A DNA stretch of 64,000 nucleotides, taken from positions 7,494-71,493 of the forward strand of contig JBAQNJ010000001.1 of the NCBI GenBank assembly GCA_049303675.1, written 5' to 3'. The DNA is from Microgenomates group bacterium (lineage in GTDB: Bacteria > Patescibacteriota > Microgenomatia > UBA12405). The translations under genes and the position numbers were made by a program. The notes under the pieces were generated by a model. That model worked only from the letters and a program-made list of their open reading frames with translations, was not told where the DNA came from and searched no databases. Shown in pieces: positions 35,684 to 46,800 of this stretch (position 1 is the stretch's first letter; each line of letters opens with the position of its first letter).

Positions 35684-36889
35684 ATGATCTCCGCTTCCGA
35701 GAAAAAAAGCCTAACTATCATCCTTTCCGTCTTTTTCTTTGTCATTATTAGCACTTGGGGTGTTACTCTCCTTGCCCGCGGCTATCGCCCCGCTCTCCAA
35801 TCTGGTGGCCTCAGCCTCAATCCTACCGGACTCCTCTCGGCTACCTCCGTCCCCAAAAGTGCTAGTGTCTATATCAACAATTCACTTATCACCGCCACCG
35901 ACGATACTATTAATCTCTCCCCAGGAGAATACATAGTCAAAATTATCAAAGATGGTTATTTTAATTGGCAGAAAAACATTAAAATCAAAACCGAGGTCGT
36001 CTACCAAACTGACGCTCAATTATTTCGTTCTACTCCCGATCTCAAAACCCTAACTTCAAGTGGCGTGGTCAATCCCGTAGTTAGCCCCGACAAAACTAAA
36101 ATCATTTTTGCGGTAGCCTCTGCCTCTGCTGTCTCTAATAATGGTCTATATATTGTTGAACTCAGTGCCAACCCTCTCAATATCAACAAAAACATTCCCC
36201 GACAAATTGCCCCCAACACCAACCAAGTTGATTGGACCAAAGCCACTTTTGAATTTTCCCCCAACTCTACCCAAATTATCGCCTCTTTCAAAAAAAATAG
36301 TCCCAGTTATCTTCTCGATCTCAATACCACCATTGACACCAAAAAATTAATTGATATTGGCGCTAGAATTTCCTTCATCCACCAAGATTGGGATATCCAA
36401 AATAACGAATTAATTGCCGCCAAAATCGATCGGCTCCCCCCAGAACTTCGTCCTTTTGTGGCTACCGCCTCGGCTGAGAAAATAAGTTTTAATACTCTAG
36501 AGGACAAAGTTTTGTATCAGGCCAGTTCCAATAGCGAAATACCTCTTCTTATCACCCCTCCTCCTGCCCAAAGTACCCAAATCCAAAACCGAAAGTTGAT
36601 AGCCAGTGATTATTACGTCTATGATTTACTGGAGGACACTAATTTCCATCTTGGGTCACCCACCAATATCCAAAACCCTTTTTGGCTGCCTAATTCCAAT
36701 GATATCGCCTATCTTTACAAACAAGAAATCAGAGCCTGTGATTACGATAACACCAATCTGGTCACTCTCTATGCTGGCAATCTCAACGCTAACCTAATTT
36801 TACCCTGGTCTGATGGCCACAAAATAATTACTCTGACCACTCCCTATACTGGTTCCAGTGAAAACCTCTATACCATTACTATTAGATAA
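35684..36889 (+). CDS. membrane-anchored PEGA-domain / beta-propeller-like protein
   Basis: N-terminal TM. ...SVYINNSLITATDDTINLSPGEYIVKIIKDGY... resembles a PEGA domain. Start set at the ATG just after a TATAAT. Confidence 0.5.
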   Translation: MISASEKKSLTIILSVFFFVIISTWGVTLLARGYRPALQSGGLSLNPTGLLSATSVPKSASVYINNSLITATDDTINLSPGEYIVKIIKDGYFNWQKNIKIKTEVVYQTDAQLFRSTPDLKTLTSSGVVNPVVSPDKTKIIFAVASASAVSNNGLYIVELSANPLNINKNIPRQIAPNTNQVDWTKATFEFSPNSTQIIASFKKNSPSYLLDLNTTIDTKKLIDIGARISFIHQDWDIQNNELIAAKIDRLPPELRPFVATASAEKISFNTLEDKVLYQASSNSEIPLLITPPPAQSTQIQNRKLIASDYYVYDLLEDTNFHLGSPTNIQNPFWLPNSNDIAYLYKQEIRACDYDNTNLVTLYAGNLNANLILPWSDGHKIITLTTPYTGSSENLYTITIR

Positions 36890-36894
36890 CTTGG

Positions 36895-37248
36895 TTATTT
36901 ACAAGTATTTGCCTCAACTTCAATCATCTCGGCCACAATATCATCAATTTCGCTCCCGCTCAATCCACCAGCCACGATTTTATCCTGATCTGACTTCAAG
37001 GTAATCTCGGCGTCCTCTTTCATAATACAATCGCTTTTGGCAGCTGCTTCAATCTCATTATATGGTGCTTCTAATTCGCTGGTTATCGGTTGAGTCTCCT
37101 CAACTACCATTGTCTCTTCGCCCAAAACTTGTGGACTCTCCAGCACCACATTCTGCCCAGCTTCTACAAACCTTAATGGAATTAATGCCATAATGGCAAA
37201 AACAAAACTAACAATCAGTGTTCTAGTGTTTCTCGTATTTTCATTCAT
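36895..37248 (-). CDS. small secreted acidic protein
   Basis: Signal-peptide-like N-terminus, 117 aa. Confidence 0.4.
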   Translation of the reverse strand: MNENTRNTRTLIVSFVFAIMALIPLRFVEAGQNVVLESPQVLGEETMVVEETQPITSELEAPYNEIEAAAKSDCIMKEDAEITLKSDQDKIVAGGLSGSEIDDIVAEMIEVEANTCK

Positions 37249-37744
37249 ATATTCAGTCTAGAATGAATTTATGGTTTGTCAAGACAATAATAATCCGGTA
37301 AAAATAATAAATTAGACCTCTAACATTAATTTACTCATCTGAACCTAATTCAGTTTATAGTTTCTACATCCCCATCCTAATAATAACAACTAATTAAGAT
37401 TGTCCGCTTTCATTCAGTTTATATCACTAATAAAATAATTAGCAGTCAACAAACATATCTGCCAAATCCTATCCACAAAATGTTAACATTTGAATATCAA
37501 TTTATACTTTACTGGTACTTTGTATAGAGTAATACAACAATAACAAAACATCCTATAACCAAAATAATCCTCAAATTCATAATCAAGGTATAATAAATAG
37601 ATAAAGTCAATTCGGGCTGTGCCACGTCATAGCCCGAAGGGCGAAGACGGGGACCTGCCTGCCGGCAGGCAGGTTGGCGCAATTTCAGCCATAGGCTGAT
37701 CGGCCTCTGGCCGAGGCTAGCGCAATATAAATAAGCCTAAACAT

Positions 37745-37818
37745 CGGGGATTGGCGCAATTGGCTAGCGCGCACGGTTCGGAATCGTGAGGTTGCTGGTT
37801 CGAATCCAGTATCCCCGA
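37745..37818 (+). tRNA. tRNA-Pro (anticodon CGG)
   Basis: Cloverleaf: acceptor cggggat/atccccg, D arm gcgc-aattggcta-gcgc, anticodon stem cacgg/tcgtg with loop ttCGGaa, T arm gctgg-ttcgaat-ccagt. No CCA encoded. Confidence 0.85.
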
Positions 37819-37892
37819 CCGTGGGTTGCCGTAGCTTTGCGTAGGCACCCTGAGATACTGGATGAGAAATTTATCCGCCTGTGGCGGAAATC

Positions 37893-37911
37893 CAGTATCC
37901 CCGACTATACA
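37893..37911 (+). repeat. direct repeat of the tRNA-Pro 3' end (aatccagtatccccgac)
   Basis: Identical 17-18 nt to tRNA positions 37803-37820, located 73 bp downstream. Confidence 0.8.
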
Positions 37912-37988
37912 GTTTACAGAAAACAGTTAACTGTCAACAGATAAAAATAATCTCTGACAACTGTTTACTGTCAACTGTCAACTATTTA

Positions 37989-38060
37989 GTCCTCATAGTT
38001 CAATGGATAGAACGAGGGTTTCCTAAACCCTAAATGGTAGTTCGATTCTACCTGGGGATA
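37989..38060 (+). tRNA. tRNA-Arg (anticodon CCU)
   Basis: Acceptor gtcctca/tggggat (two G-U pairs), D arm gttc-aatggata-gaac, anticodon stem agggt/accct with loop ttCCTaa, T arm ggtag-ttcgatt-ctacc. Confidence 0.75.
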
Positions 38061-38487
38061 CACGTTTTCACACCATTCTCCGCAATATACAGCCCTATTA
38101 TTTTAATATCTCCGCACCTACTCCGCTCTATTTCCGCATACATTTTGTTGAAAATTAACAATAATTATTCAAAATACTTTTTCCGCAATTTTTAAAATAT
38201 ATTGACTTTTTCTAGTATATTTAACAACCTTAGATATCATATTTACCGCACTCAGGTAATTTTTGTCACCAAATATTTTCTCCACACGCTAATTATTTTC
38301 ACACTTAACAATAAATTTAGTCTATATTTTTCTACCCTATCAATTACTACCCATCTGTATCATTATTCGCTGTCTCCTATTTTCCACTGTTTATCATTTT
38401 CTATTTCGAACACAAACCCCAACGTGTACGATTTTTACCTATAAACACACCAACATATATTACCCAAAACAACTAGCAGAAATTCAC

Positions 38488-40956
38488 TTAGTTTGCCAAA
38501 ATCACAAAATTTACCATCCTCCCTTCCACATAGATCTCCTTGCTAATTGTCTTGTCCGCCAGCCAAACCTTCATCTTCTCCGTCTCCTTTGCTAGTTGTA
38601 GAATATTCCTCTTGTCTGTCAACTGTTCACTGTTAACTATTAACTCATCTCTCACCTTGCCGTTAATCGATATCATAATCTTCACCTGATCATCAACAAG
38701 GTATTTTGGGTCCACCACCGGCCATGATTGCTGATGCACTGAATCAATGTGGCCCAATCGGCTCCACATCTCCTCAGCCATATACGGAGCCATAGGCGCA
38801 ATTAATTTAATTAAAGTCTCTACATCATTAACTCGTAACTGATAACTGGTAACTGATAACTCATTCAAAGCTCCCATCAGTTTTGCCACCACAGTATTAT
38901 AACCAAACACCTCCAAATCCCTAGTCACCCCATCAATTAGCTTGTTTATTATCACTTTGACATCACTGTTGCTAGCATTACTTGTATTAATTTGCTCAGA
39001 AATATATTTTTCAAACCTATCTAAAAACCTCTTTACTCCCATTAAAGTATTTTCACTCCATGCCATCGTCCCAGTAAACGGTCCCATAAACATCAAATAC
39101 ATTCGCACTACATCAACTCCATATTTATCAGCTACTACCTCGGGTACTATTACGTTCCCCTTAGTCTTACTCATCCGCTGATTATCTGGGCCGAGTATCA
39201 CTCCATGAGACATTCTCATATAGTATGGCTCAGTTAACTCCTCTGGAAAAATATGAAGATCATATAAGAATTGATATATGAACCTAGAATAGAGTAAGTG
39301 AAGCGTGTTGTGTTCATCTCCACCAATGTATACATCTACCGGTCCCCAATATTTTAATATATCAGAATCTACCAATTTACTATTATTATGTGGATCCATA
39401 TACCTCAAAAAATACCAATCTGATCCAGCCCAATTTGGCATTGTGTCCGTCTCTCTTTTGGCAGGTCCTCCGCACTTGGGACAAGTGCAATTAACAAATT
39501 CGGGTATACGACTCAGTGGACTCAGCCCATCATCAGTCGGTTCATAAGCCTCTACCTCAGGTAACACTATTGGCAAGTTTTCTTCTTTTTCCGGCACCCA
39601 ACCCTGCCCGCCGTGGCGGGCACAACTCTCACAGTAAACCATTGGAATAGGCTCACCCCAATAATGCTGTCGACTAAATATCCAATCTCTCAAATGATAT
39701 TCTACTTTTCTTGTTGCCCACTTATTTTCCACCATCCAATCACTGATGGCCTTATATGCTTCATCTCTTGCCCTCATTCCACTAAATTGTTCTGAATTTA
39801 TCATCACCCCATCCTCAATTACTTTTTCATAGCTATCTATAACATAATTAGGTTTATCTTTTGGGACTTCAACCTGAATCATTTCTAGTCCATATTTTTT
39901 GGCAAACATAAAATCACGACTATCGTGTGGTGCTACACCCATGACCGCACCTGTCCCAAAATTTGCCAATACATAATCTCCCACCCAAACAGGAATTTTT
40001 TTATTATTAACCGGATTAATTACATAACTTCCCGTAAATACCCCAGTTTTTTCTGATGTCCCCGAAGTTCGATCCATTTCACTTTTCTTCTGTGATTCTT
40101 TGATATACTCATCAACTATTTGTCTGTTTTCTTCAGTAACCAAACAATCTAACTCAGGATACTCTGGTGAAACTACTACCCAACTAGTTCCAAATATAGT
40201 TTCCGGATATTTTGTAAAACAACTTATCTTTGTATTATTACCATCAACTACAAAATCAATTATCAAACCCTCTTTTCTCCCAATCCAATTAATTTGTGCC
40301 TGTTTGACCTTGTCAATAAAATTTGTTTCTTTTAACCCGTCAATCAACCTATCGGCATAATCGGTAATCTTGACTACCCATTGTGATATATTTCTCCTCG
40401 ACACTTCACTACCACACCGCTCACATTTATTATCGATAACCTCTTCATTGGCTAAGCCAATTTTACAGCTCGGGCACCAGTTAATCGGCATTTCTTTTTT
40501 ATATGCCAAGCCAGCCTTAAACAACTTTACAAAAATCCATTGCGTCCATTTGTAATAGTTTGGATCAGTGGTATCGACCTCACGGCTCCAATCATAAGAA
40601 AAAGCCAATCGATCCATTTGTGACCTAAACATATCAGTGTTTTCTTTTGTCACCACTTGTGGTTTTTTCTTCATTTTTATTGCAAAATTTTCGGTCGGCA
40701 ATCCAAAAGCATCCCAACCCATGGGAAATAATACGTTATACCCTTGCATCCGTTTAAACCGAGCAAACACATCTCCACCCGTAAACGAAAAGGCATGACC
40801 CACATGCAACCCCGATCCCGACGGATAGGGAAACTCGTTTAAAATATATTTTTTAGGTTTTACCTGCCCGGCAACGGCCGGGTCATCCGCCCTATACAAT
40901 TCTGGATGTTCACTCCAAAATTTTTGCCACTTGGCTTCAATCTCCTTAAAATCCAT
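38488..40956 (-). CDS. leuS: leucine--tRNA ligase
   Basis: ...FPYPSGSGLHVGHAFSFTGGDVFARFKRMQGYNVLFPMGWDAFGLPTEN... HIGH region, KMSKT (RMSKTKGN). 822 aa. Contains in-frame repeat insertions. Confidence 0.95.
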   Translation of the reverse strand: MDFKEIEAKWQKFWSEHPELYRADDPAVAGQVKPKKYILNEFPYPSGSGLHVGHAFSFTGGDVFARFKRMQGYNVLFPMGWDAFGLPTENFAIKMKKKPQVVTKENTDMFRSQMDRLAFSYDWSREVDTTDPNYYKWTQWIFVKLFKAGLAYKKEMPINWCPSCKIGLANEEVIDNKCERCGSEVSRRNISQWVVKITDYADRLIDGLKETNFIDKVKQAQINWIGRKEGLIIDFVVDGNNTKISCFTKYPETIFGTSWVVVSPEYPELDCLVTEENRQIVDEYIKESQKKSEMDRTSGTSEKTGVFTGSYVINPVNNKKIPVWVGDYVLANFGTGAVMGVAPHDSRDFMFAKKYGLEMIQVEVPKDKPNYVIDSYEKVIEDGVMINSEQFSGMRARDEAYKAISDWMVENKWATRKVEYHLRDWIFSRQHYWGEPIPMVYCESCARHGGQGWVPEKEENLPIVLPEVEAYEPTDDGLSPLSRIPEFVNCTCPKCGGPAKRETDTMPNWAGSDWYFLRYMDPHNNSKLVDSDILKYWGPVDVYIGGDEHNTLHLLYSRFIYQFLYDLHIFPEELTEPYYMRMSHGVILGPDNQRMSKTKGNVIVPEVVADKYGVDVVRMYLMFMGPFTGTMAWSENTLMGVKRFLDRFEKYISEQINTSNASNSDVKVIINKLIDGVTRDLEVFGYNTVVAKLMGALNELSVTSYQLRVNDVETLIKLIAPMAPYMAEEMWSRLGHIDSVHQQSWPVVDPKYLVDDQVKIMISINGKVRDELIVNSEQLTDKRNILQLAKETEKMKVWLADKTISKEIYVEGRMVNFVILAN

Positions 40957-40977
40957 ATTCGTATTTTATCATTTATT

Positions 40978-43035
40978 CTATTCGTACCTCAAAGCATTAA
41001 GTGCCGAAATTTTTGTCGCTCTCTTTGACGGATACCATCCTGTTATTATTCCTACCAAAAAACTAACACTCAAAATAAACGCCACAAAAAACCATGGAAT
41101 GTAGTTTACATCTATTACTCCCTGACCCTTGACAATCGAAATCGATGATAGAACCAATGATAGCAGTCTACCACCAATAAACCCCAACAATATCCCAAAC
41201 ACCCCTCCACCTACCCCCATTATCATTGATTCGGCCAAAAATAACTCGGACACTTCACCTATTTGCATTCCCATTGCTTTCATTACCCCTACTTCCCGCG
41301 TTCTTTCGAGTAACGACACTGTCATAGTATTAAACATCCCTAGACTTGCCACCGCCAATGCTATTGTCCCCAGAAACCCCAACAACAACCTCAAAGTTGC
41401 AAATAGTTTTTCAATTTGAGCCACAGTGTCTAGGGTACTGGCGGTTCTAAACCCATTTCCCTCTATTATTTTTCGCACTTTATCCACTTCGTCTTTTATT
41501 TTAACCAACACTTTTATTTGTGAATAATTTTTTACTCCCAGCTTTTTGGCATCTGCAATTTGAAAATAGTAATAGTTTGACTGATCATCGTCAACTACTC
41601 CAACCACCTTGTATTCTGCTTCCTGTGACTGTGTTCTCCCATTCGCCTCCGGAATCAATCCGTCAGGAATGATATATGAAACGTTAAATGTTTGATTCAT
41701 TATTGATTGTTTATCCATTCCAAACATTTTTGCCAAACCACTACTAACATATGCTTCACCTGAAGGTATGCCATTATACGACAAATCTTCTTTTGGTTTT
41801 ATTGCTCCTCCGATATTTTTCAGTTCCACCCATTCCACTCCCGCCGAATCGGTCGCCACAGTTATATCAAATAACTTAGCTACCGCTGTTGCCGTGGCTT
41901 CGGTTACAGCTGCCGAAGCAGTTGCTTCACCCAAAACCATTCCCGATTGACCTCCAAAAAGATAAGATTCCAGGGTAGTAAAACCCGAGAGTTCTTCGTC
42001 TGCCCCTTCAGGCAACAAGCCATAATCCCTAACACATCCAATCACCCACTTTTGCCCACCACTTACATCCATAATCGGTATAGCCACATTATCTTCATTG
42101 ACTTGCCATAAAGGTGTTTTAACCCTTATCCATGGCGATATTTCCTTCTTTGTACTCAAATCCATTACAAATTTTCTTGTATCTGTTACTAAATGATACG
42201 ATTCTCCCCATACCCTTTCACCTACTAATCCACCCTCTATCCTAACCAAGTATCCCCAATTTTCACTGTTGGAATTACATTCGGAATATACATCGACCTT
42301 ATTATTTCCCACAACATTAAACCTCATCACCCCCGTATCAATTTTCTCGCCATAATTTGCCTCGATAATTTCCTGGCTTACCCCAGCCACACTACCGAAA
42401 TCGCTATTGTTACTGAGGTTATCATCCTTAAACTCCGCCCCCGAAATTATTTTTGCCCCTACTACCTTGATATATCTCGAATCAACTCCAAATGCCATAA
42501 TATCTGAGACTGAATTTTTAAACCTAACTTTTGATACCATCCCCACTACTGGAATTACTTCCTCGACTTCTTTCATCTCACTTATTTTTGAAATGAATTC
42601 ATCATTCATTTTTAGACTTGATACCTCTCCTAGACCGACATCAAGGATTCTCAGTTCATCCAATCTCGCCACTTTACTAATTACTAATTTTTCCAAACCA
42701 TAGCCAAGCGATACCAAAAAAACAATCGCTCCGACCCCCAGAGCCATTCCCCCAATTGTTATCATGGCCCTAATTTTTTTCGCTTTTATATTTTTCAGGG
42801 CCAACTCAATCATATAAATTTTAAGTACATCTCCTGATGTGGCTCTGTCAACCAATCTCATTAAATAAATACATCCACTACTAGCCCGATTCATCCCTGG
42901 AAAACGTCTATATTTAAACATTACCCTATACATCAAATACAAAGCCAGCAATATTACAAAGACCAAATGAGACCATAGTAATAATCCGATACTCTTAATG
43001 GTCATCAACAATCTATTTAACATATTTTTTACCAC
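40978..43035 (-). CDS. ABC transporter permease, MacB/FtsX-like with large extracytoplasmic domain
   Basis: N-terminal TM, large periplasmic domain, C-terminal FtsX 3-TM bundle. 685 aa. Confidence 0.8.
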   Translation of the reverse strand: MVKNMLNRLLMTIKSIGLLLWSHLVFVILLALYLMYRVMFKYRRFPGMNRASSGCIYLMRLVDRATSGDVLKIYMIELALKNIKAKKIRAMITIGGMALGVGAIVFLVSLGYGLEKLVISKVARLDELRILDVGLGEVSSLKMNDEFISKISEMKEVEEVIPVVGMVSKVRFKNSVSDIMAFGVDSRYIKVVGAKIISGAEFKDDNLSNNSDFGSVAGVSQEIIEANYGEKIDTGVMRFNVVGNNKVDVYSECNSNSENWGYLVRIEGGLVGERVWGESYHLVTDTRKFVMDLSTKKEISPWIRVKTPLWQVNEDNVAIPIMDVSGGQKWVIGCVRDYGLLPEGADEELSGFTTLESYLFGGQSGMVLGEATASAAVTEATATAVAKLFDITVATDSAGVEWVELKNIGGAIKPKEDLSYNGIPSGEAYVSSGLAKMFGMDKQSIMNQTFNVSYIIPDGLIPEANGRTQSQEAEYKVVGVVDDDQSNYYYFQIADAKKLGVKNYSQIKVLVKIKDEVDKVRKIIEGNGFRTASTLDTVAQIEKLFATLRLLLGFLGTIALAVASLGMFNTMTVSLLERTREVGVMKAMGMQIGEVSELFLAESMIMGVGGGVFGILLGFIGGRLLSLVLSSISIVKGQGVIDVNYIPWFFVAFILSVSFLVGIITGWYPSKRATKISALNALRYE

Positions 43036-43828
43036 TCTTTTTTAAATAATTATCATCCCGAACTGTTTCTTTTCCCCGAGTACCTTTTTTGTTGCGCAGT
43101 CCCATCGCTAGTTTTTGCGCCCCTTTTTGATCATATTGCTCCACCAACAATCCATCGATAATATGAAATAATTTTGTTGCATACCGCAAATATTCCAAAT
43201 CGTGAGTTACCATTATTACCGTCCGACCTTCGTCCTGATTTAAACTCCGCAATAATTCCATTAGTTCATCACCTGAAACTGTGTCCAAATTTCCCGTCGG
43301 TTCATCGGCCACCAAAATTAATGGATCGATTGTCAAAGCTCGGGCCAAACTAACTCTTTGTTGTTGGCCCGAAGACAGTGAATTTGGGTGATAACCCTGC
43401 CAACCTTCTAGCTTAACTTTCTTCAAGGCTATTAATGCTTTTTCCTCCGACTGCTCCAAACTTAAGCCCCGCAATCTATTTGGCACACACACATTTTCCA
43501 TAACATTTAGGGATTTAATCCAAATTGGTTGTTGAAACACAATTCCAATATTATTTTTTCGATAACGCACAATTCCTTCCTCACCCATAGCATAATAGTC
43601 ATCTCCTTCAATCAATACTTTACCCTCTGTTGGTTTTTCCAGTCCCAACAAAGTATGCAATAGAGTTGACTTGCCACAACCAGATGGCCCAAAAATAACT
43701 GCAAAATCGCCCTTGTTAATTGACAAATCAATCCCCTTTAATACTTCGACCGTCTGGCTACCTACTTCAAAACTCTTTCTTATAGCTGATGCCACAACTA
43801 AATTAGTATTGCTATTTATGTTTTTCAT
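43013..43828 (-). CDS. ABC transporter ATP-binding protein (MacB/LolD-type)
   Basis: GPSGCGKSTLL Walker A, LSGGQQQRVSLARAL signature, Walker B DEPTGNLD. Confidence 0.9.
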   Translation of the reverse strand: MKNINSNTNLVVASAIRKSFEVGSQTVEVLKGIDLSINKGDFAVIFGPSGCGKSTLLHTLLGLEKPTEGKVLIEGDDYYAMGEEGIVRYRKNNIGIVFQQPIWIKSLNVMENVCVPNRLRGLSLEQSEEKALIALKKVKLEGWQGYHPNSLSSGQQQRVSLARALTIDPLILVADEPTGNLDTVSGDELMELLRSLNQDEGRTVIMVTHDLEYLRYATKLFHIIDGLLVEQYDQKGAQKLAMGLRNKKGTRGKETVRDDNYLKKSGKKYVK

Positions 43829-46800
43829 TGTGAAATTTTACCCAATCCTCCGAAAAAACCAAAACTCTTGGATAAACTATTAACCACCAAGTCTAAAGCC
43901 GATTTTGTGGCTTTTGGAGTCACCGTCACATTATCTGCCGATTCAATTTGGTTACCAATTCTATCTCGGGATATTATTCTCAAATGATAGACTTGAGATG
44001 GTTTTAAATCTGTCACTGTCACTACATGATTCATCGTCAAATTGCCATCTTCCTGAGTCCTGTTGGGATAATCAGTCCCAGTTCCTTCACCATACTCAAT
44101 CTGACTTGTTGCCGGCTCATCAGTATTCCAATACACCATTATTTGGGCTTTTGTGACTTCTCCCACTCCATTTATTGCCCCCTCAGCCCTCATATCAGTG
44201 ATTAATGGTGGTCTTAAATCAGCTGATGTCTTAAATTTATTTTGACTAGATTTTGCCTCATTTCCCGCATAATCTTTGCCTTTTACGATTACAATATAAT
44301 CAGTATCATCTAACAAGTCTTTTATTAACAACTGGTGATTTTGGCTCAAAGTTAAGCCAACCTGATCTTTTGTCATTTCCGGCCTACCAGTTGGGTAATA
44401 ACTTACAATCGACGACACACCTGTATTTGTTTTCCAAGAGACCATTATGGTCGCAGTCGACATTCCTTTCACCTGTTGAATTTTTACTCCCTCAATTTTT
44501 GGCATTGGCAAAGTTGAAAATTCATAGTCATCAGAAGTAAATTTATTACCCTCTTCATCTTCAGCCACAATTTTTAAATGATATTTCATTCCCTCCTCCA
44601 AACCATCCAACTTAGAAGTATATGTCGAGGATGAGGTTGAGGTTGTTAACTCAAAAACCGAACCATAAATAGTCGTTTTCCCATATTGAATTGTCGCTTT
44701 TGAAGCATTACTTAATCCAAACTTTACATAAACTGAATATAGGCCAATATCAGTTATACTCACAGTTGAAACTACTGGAGCCGGGTTAGTTGTAAGAGAA
44801 TATTCAGTCGATTCACCTGTATTTCCGTCCTCATCAGTCCACGTCGCTTTATAATAATAAGTAGTTCCCGGATCTAGACCGGTTAGTGCAATTTCATGAG
44901 AAGAGAGTAGTTCAGACGAGCCCACTTCTTCTCCATAACTACCAGCACTCTTCCCATATTTTACAAAAGAATTACCCTTTCGATTGGTTGACCAGCTTAT
45001 TGTTGCCGTCTTTGTCTTAACACTAGAGGTAGGTTCAGCTGTTAATGTCGGCGGTACTCGCCACTTACCATCAGGTAATAACGACACTGTTGAGCTAACA
45101 GCACTACACTCACTCGTCGAGTCACAAGCTTTGACACAATAATAATATTTAGACTGCAATAAATTTGTATCAATAAACGATGTCCCCGTTGTCGATGATG
45201 CGTAGCTAAAATCAGTGAAATCAGAACTACATGATGCACTAGTAGTCGTACTTCGATATACCTTATACGAGGCGATTCCTGACCCACTCGCCTCTGGTGC
45301 ATCCCATGACAGTGCCAGTCGCCAGCTATTTGTTTCCTTTATTGAGACATCTGAGATATCCAAATTACGTGATACCCCTGGAGCCGAGGTCGATGCTTCA
45401 AAATCCAAACTAGCATAATTTTGATATCTACCCTCACTGGTAGATATGTTGCCTGCTTCATCAGACACTACTACATAAATTGTATTTACTCCTTTTCGGG
45501 TAGCATACTGACCCCGACTCAAATATCGAACATTTGTCCCCACTGTAATTACATTTGACGGAGTTGGCAACTCATTAATTGAATATTTGTAGACCAAATT
45601 TGAGGCTGCTCCCAAAAAGCTCTCTGGCTGGTCCCAAGCAAAAGCAAAATCATTTTCACTATTACTAGTTCCCACACTAGGATATGTCAACCGTAAATTT
45701 GTTGGTCGACTGGGTGCCGATCCACTATATTTATAAATTGCTGTCAAATAACTGCTAGCAAAATTCCCTGCTGCATCTTTTACCCGCAAATAAAAAATAT
45801 TTTCATCCGATTGATATTTAGTAATCCCTGTCACCCCAGTTACCCCCACATCAGTAATACATTGTTCATCTGTTGTCTCAGTTTTATAACAATAAGCAGA
45901 TATCCCTGAGGCTGTATCAGTTCCACTTCCCCAAGTAAAAGTAAAATTATCAGTCGTAGTATATCCCGGAGGATCGGCCAAAACAGCCGTTGGATTTATT
46001 GGTGTTTCGTTATCAAATTTATAGACATAAGTTGTTCCAACACCTGCCGTCACGTTATTGGCATTATCAATCGTTTTCATTCGAAAATAATATGTTTGAC
46101 CAGAAGTCAAACTAGTTCCCACTAAACTTGTCGCTGTTGTATAAGTTCCCAAACTCACCGGATCAGCCGTCTCCCCCAATCCAAAATAAACATAATAGCC
46201 CTTTATCCCCGAGCCATTTACCCCGTCACTTGCCCCACTCCAACTAAAAACTGGCGCCGTCGAATTATTCCACACTCCCGATACCACTGTTGAACTATAA
46301 TTGTCGGGATTTATCGGCTCAACCGTATCCTGATAATAGTTAACACTATAACTATTTATTACTCCCGAATGAACACCATTACTAGATGTTAGTCCTAGTT
46401 TTATTTGCAAATACCTGCTTACAGTTGAATTAATTTTATAGCTCTGACTCATCCCTACTGTCTTTTGTTCTGACGCCACCACCCAGTCCCCCCAAGTTAC
46501 ATTATCTGCCGATGTTCTGGTATAAACTGATAAATCAGTATTGCCTGGCATGGTTGTCTCCACTGTCAAAGAAGCAAATTTGTAGACCGCCGTCAAATCA
46601 TAAACCGGAGAAATATAATTTCCACTTTCTTCAAACGAAGAATTGGCCCCCGAAATTACATATGTATACAATCCGTTACCAAAAGTATTTAACTGACCAC
46701 TACCCGCAATCACATAAACTTTATCTCCCGAGGCATCAACGGTGGCCGCCCCTCCTGCTGTAATATACGGTGCCGTTACACTCGATACCAAACTCCAACT

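Noticed and set aside
38202-38444. 80-aa ORF in the tRNA-leuS spacer.
   Set aside because: Low-complexity, AT-rich translation with Y/F/L/I runs. It lies in a region of iteron-like repeats. Most likely non-coding.
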